This document shows positions 62,730-64,000 of a stretch of 64,000 nt of DNA, piece after piece; the stretch's first letter is position 1; each line of letters begins with the position of its first letter. The notes beneath the pieces were generated by a model. The model saw only the letters and a program-made list of their open reading frames with translations. It was not told the origin of the DNA and did not search any database. The stretch spans positions 9,238,001 through 9,302,000 of the forward strand of contig NC_086123.1 of the NCBI RefSeq assembly GCF_963921235.1, in the 5' to 3' direction. The stretch is from Mobula hypostoma (Eukaryota). The position numbers were made by a program, and so were the translations under genes.

Positions 62730-64000
62730 GGACTTTAGGACAGAATTTGACAAGGTCCGCAAGGTAGGAGGTTCAGGCACTTGGGATCCAAGGCAATCCG
62801 ACAAATTGGATCCAAAATGGGAGCTGGGAGGGAGAGGACAGTAGTAAAAGGATGCTTTCTGATTGGAAGTCTCTGGTCAGTGGTGGGTTGCAGGGATTGG
62901 TGGTAGAACTCTTGTCATTTGTGATATAAATGACTTGAATGTGAAGTAGGAGATCTGATTATTAAACATAGAACATAGAATAGTACAGCACAGTACAGGC
63001 CTTTCGGCCCACAATGTTGTGCCGACCCGCAAACCCTGCCTCCCATATAAGCCCCCACTTTAAATTCCTCCATATACCTGTCTAGTAGTCTCTTAAACTT
63101 CACTAGTGTATCTGCCTCCACAACTGACCCAGGCAGTGCATTCCATGCACCAACCACTCTCCGAGTAAAAAACCTTCCTCTAATATCCCCCTTGAACTTC
63201 CCACCCCTTACCTTAAAGCCATGTCCTCTTCTACTGAGCAGTGGTGCCCTGGGGAAGAGGCACTGACTATCCACTCTATCTATTCCTCTTATTATCTTGT
63301 GCACCCCTATCATGTCTCCTCTCATCCTCCTTCTCTCCAAAGAGTAAAGCCCTAGCTCCCTTAATCTCTAATCATAATGCATACTCTCTAAACCAGGCAG
63401 CATTCTGGTAAATCTCCTCTGTCCCCTTTCCAATGCTTCCACATCCTTCCTATAGTGAGGCGACCAGAACTGGACACAGTACTCCAAGTGTCTGCAGATG
63501 ACATGAACATTGGTGGTAGTGAGGGACGTTGTCTGTGGCTACAGCAGGATATTCGATAGGATGAAACATTAGAGTGTTAGCACATGGAATTTAATACAGA
63601 CCAGTGCATAATGCTGCATTTTGGTAAGTCATATAGGTGTAGGACATATAATGTAAATATAATAACATATGATGAACTGAGGGAGTCCATAGTTTCTTAA
63701 AGTTGTAACACAGGTCCATAGGAAAGTGAAGAAAGGGTGCCACACTTGCCTTCTTGAGTCATGACATAGAATATGTTGGGTGTTGCAAATTTACAAGACA
63801 TTGACTACATCATGCTTGCTGTTCTGGTCAGCACACTATAGGAAGGATACGATTGTACTGGAGAGAATGCAGAGCAGATTCACCCAGATACTTTCTGGAT
63901 TGGAAGACCTTGGTTATGGGGTGAGATTGATAAGATGGACTTGTTTTTCCTGAAGTGAAGAAGGCTGAGGGGCAACCTGATAGAAGTATACAAGATTATG
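62730..64000 (+). mobile_element. Older CR1-type LINE, runs off the window end
   Basis: FDKV, LFVI.INDL-like, ADD, LERMQSRFT remnants; interrupted by 62965-63492. Confidence 0.7.
62965..63492 (-). mobile_element. Young CR1 3' end nested in an older CR1
   Basis: ERRRMRGDMI.VHKI...FFTRRVVGAWNALP; catagaa tandem tail on +. Confidence 0.85.

Noticed and set aside
62179-62767. ORFs of 109 and 173 aa near the WSB2 promoter
   Set aside because: No recognisable homology; the longer one runs into CR1 3' sequence.

Overview
Eukaryotic, repeat-rich vertebrate genomic DNA. The repeat repertoire (HE1-like V-SINEs, CR1 LINEs, Rex1/Babar LINEs, Neptune-like Penelope elements) suggests a cartilaginous fish, probably a ray; this is inference. 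Two convergent genes are present. On +, the last five coding exons of RFC5 span 444-23753, and the intron at 745-3968 has U12 minor-spliceosome signals. On -, an apparently complete 9-exon WSB2 spans 61947-27075 (1218 nt CDS, 405 aa). The introns are filled with decayed transposons. Highlights: (1) a BEL/Pao LTR retrotransposon (9012-15650) whose pol interior is replaced by an intronless, decayed EMC2/TTC35 mRNA copy, i.e. LTR-mediated gene capture; (2) a TSD-flanked 1.6 kb fold-back Penelope-like element with a GIY-YIG remnant and a minimal hammerhead ribozyme motif in each arm; (3) about ten short insertions of the same Penelope end, mostly with 11-16 bp TSDs and often with junctions at the hammerhead; (4) a multi-layer nest of Chapaev3, Harbinger, Penelope, RTE and Rex1 elements. 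Most ORFs in the supplied track are TE fragments or noise. Gene and family names come from recognising motifs by eye, not from database searches. TE boundaries without TSD/TIR support are approximate.
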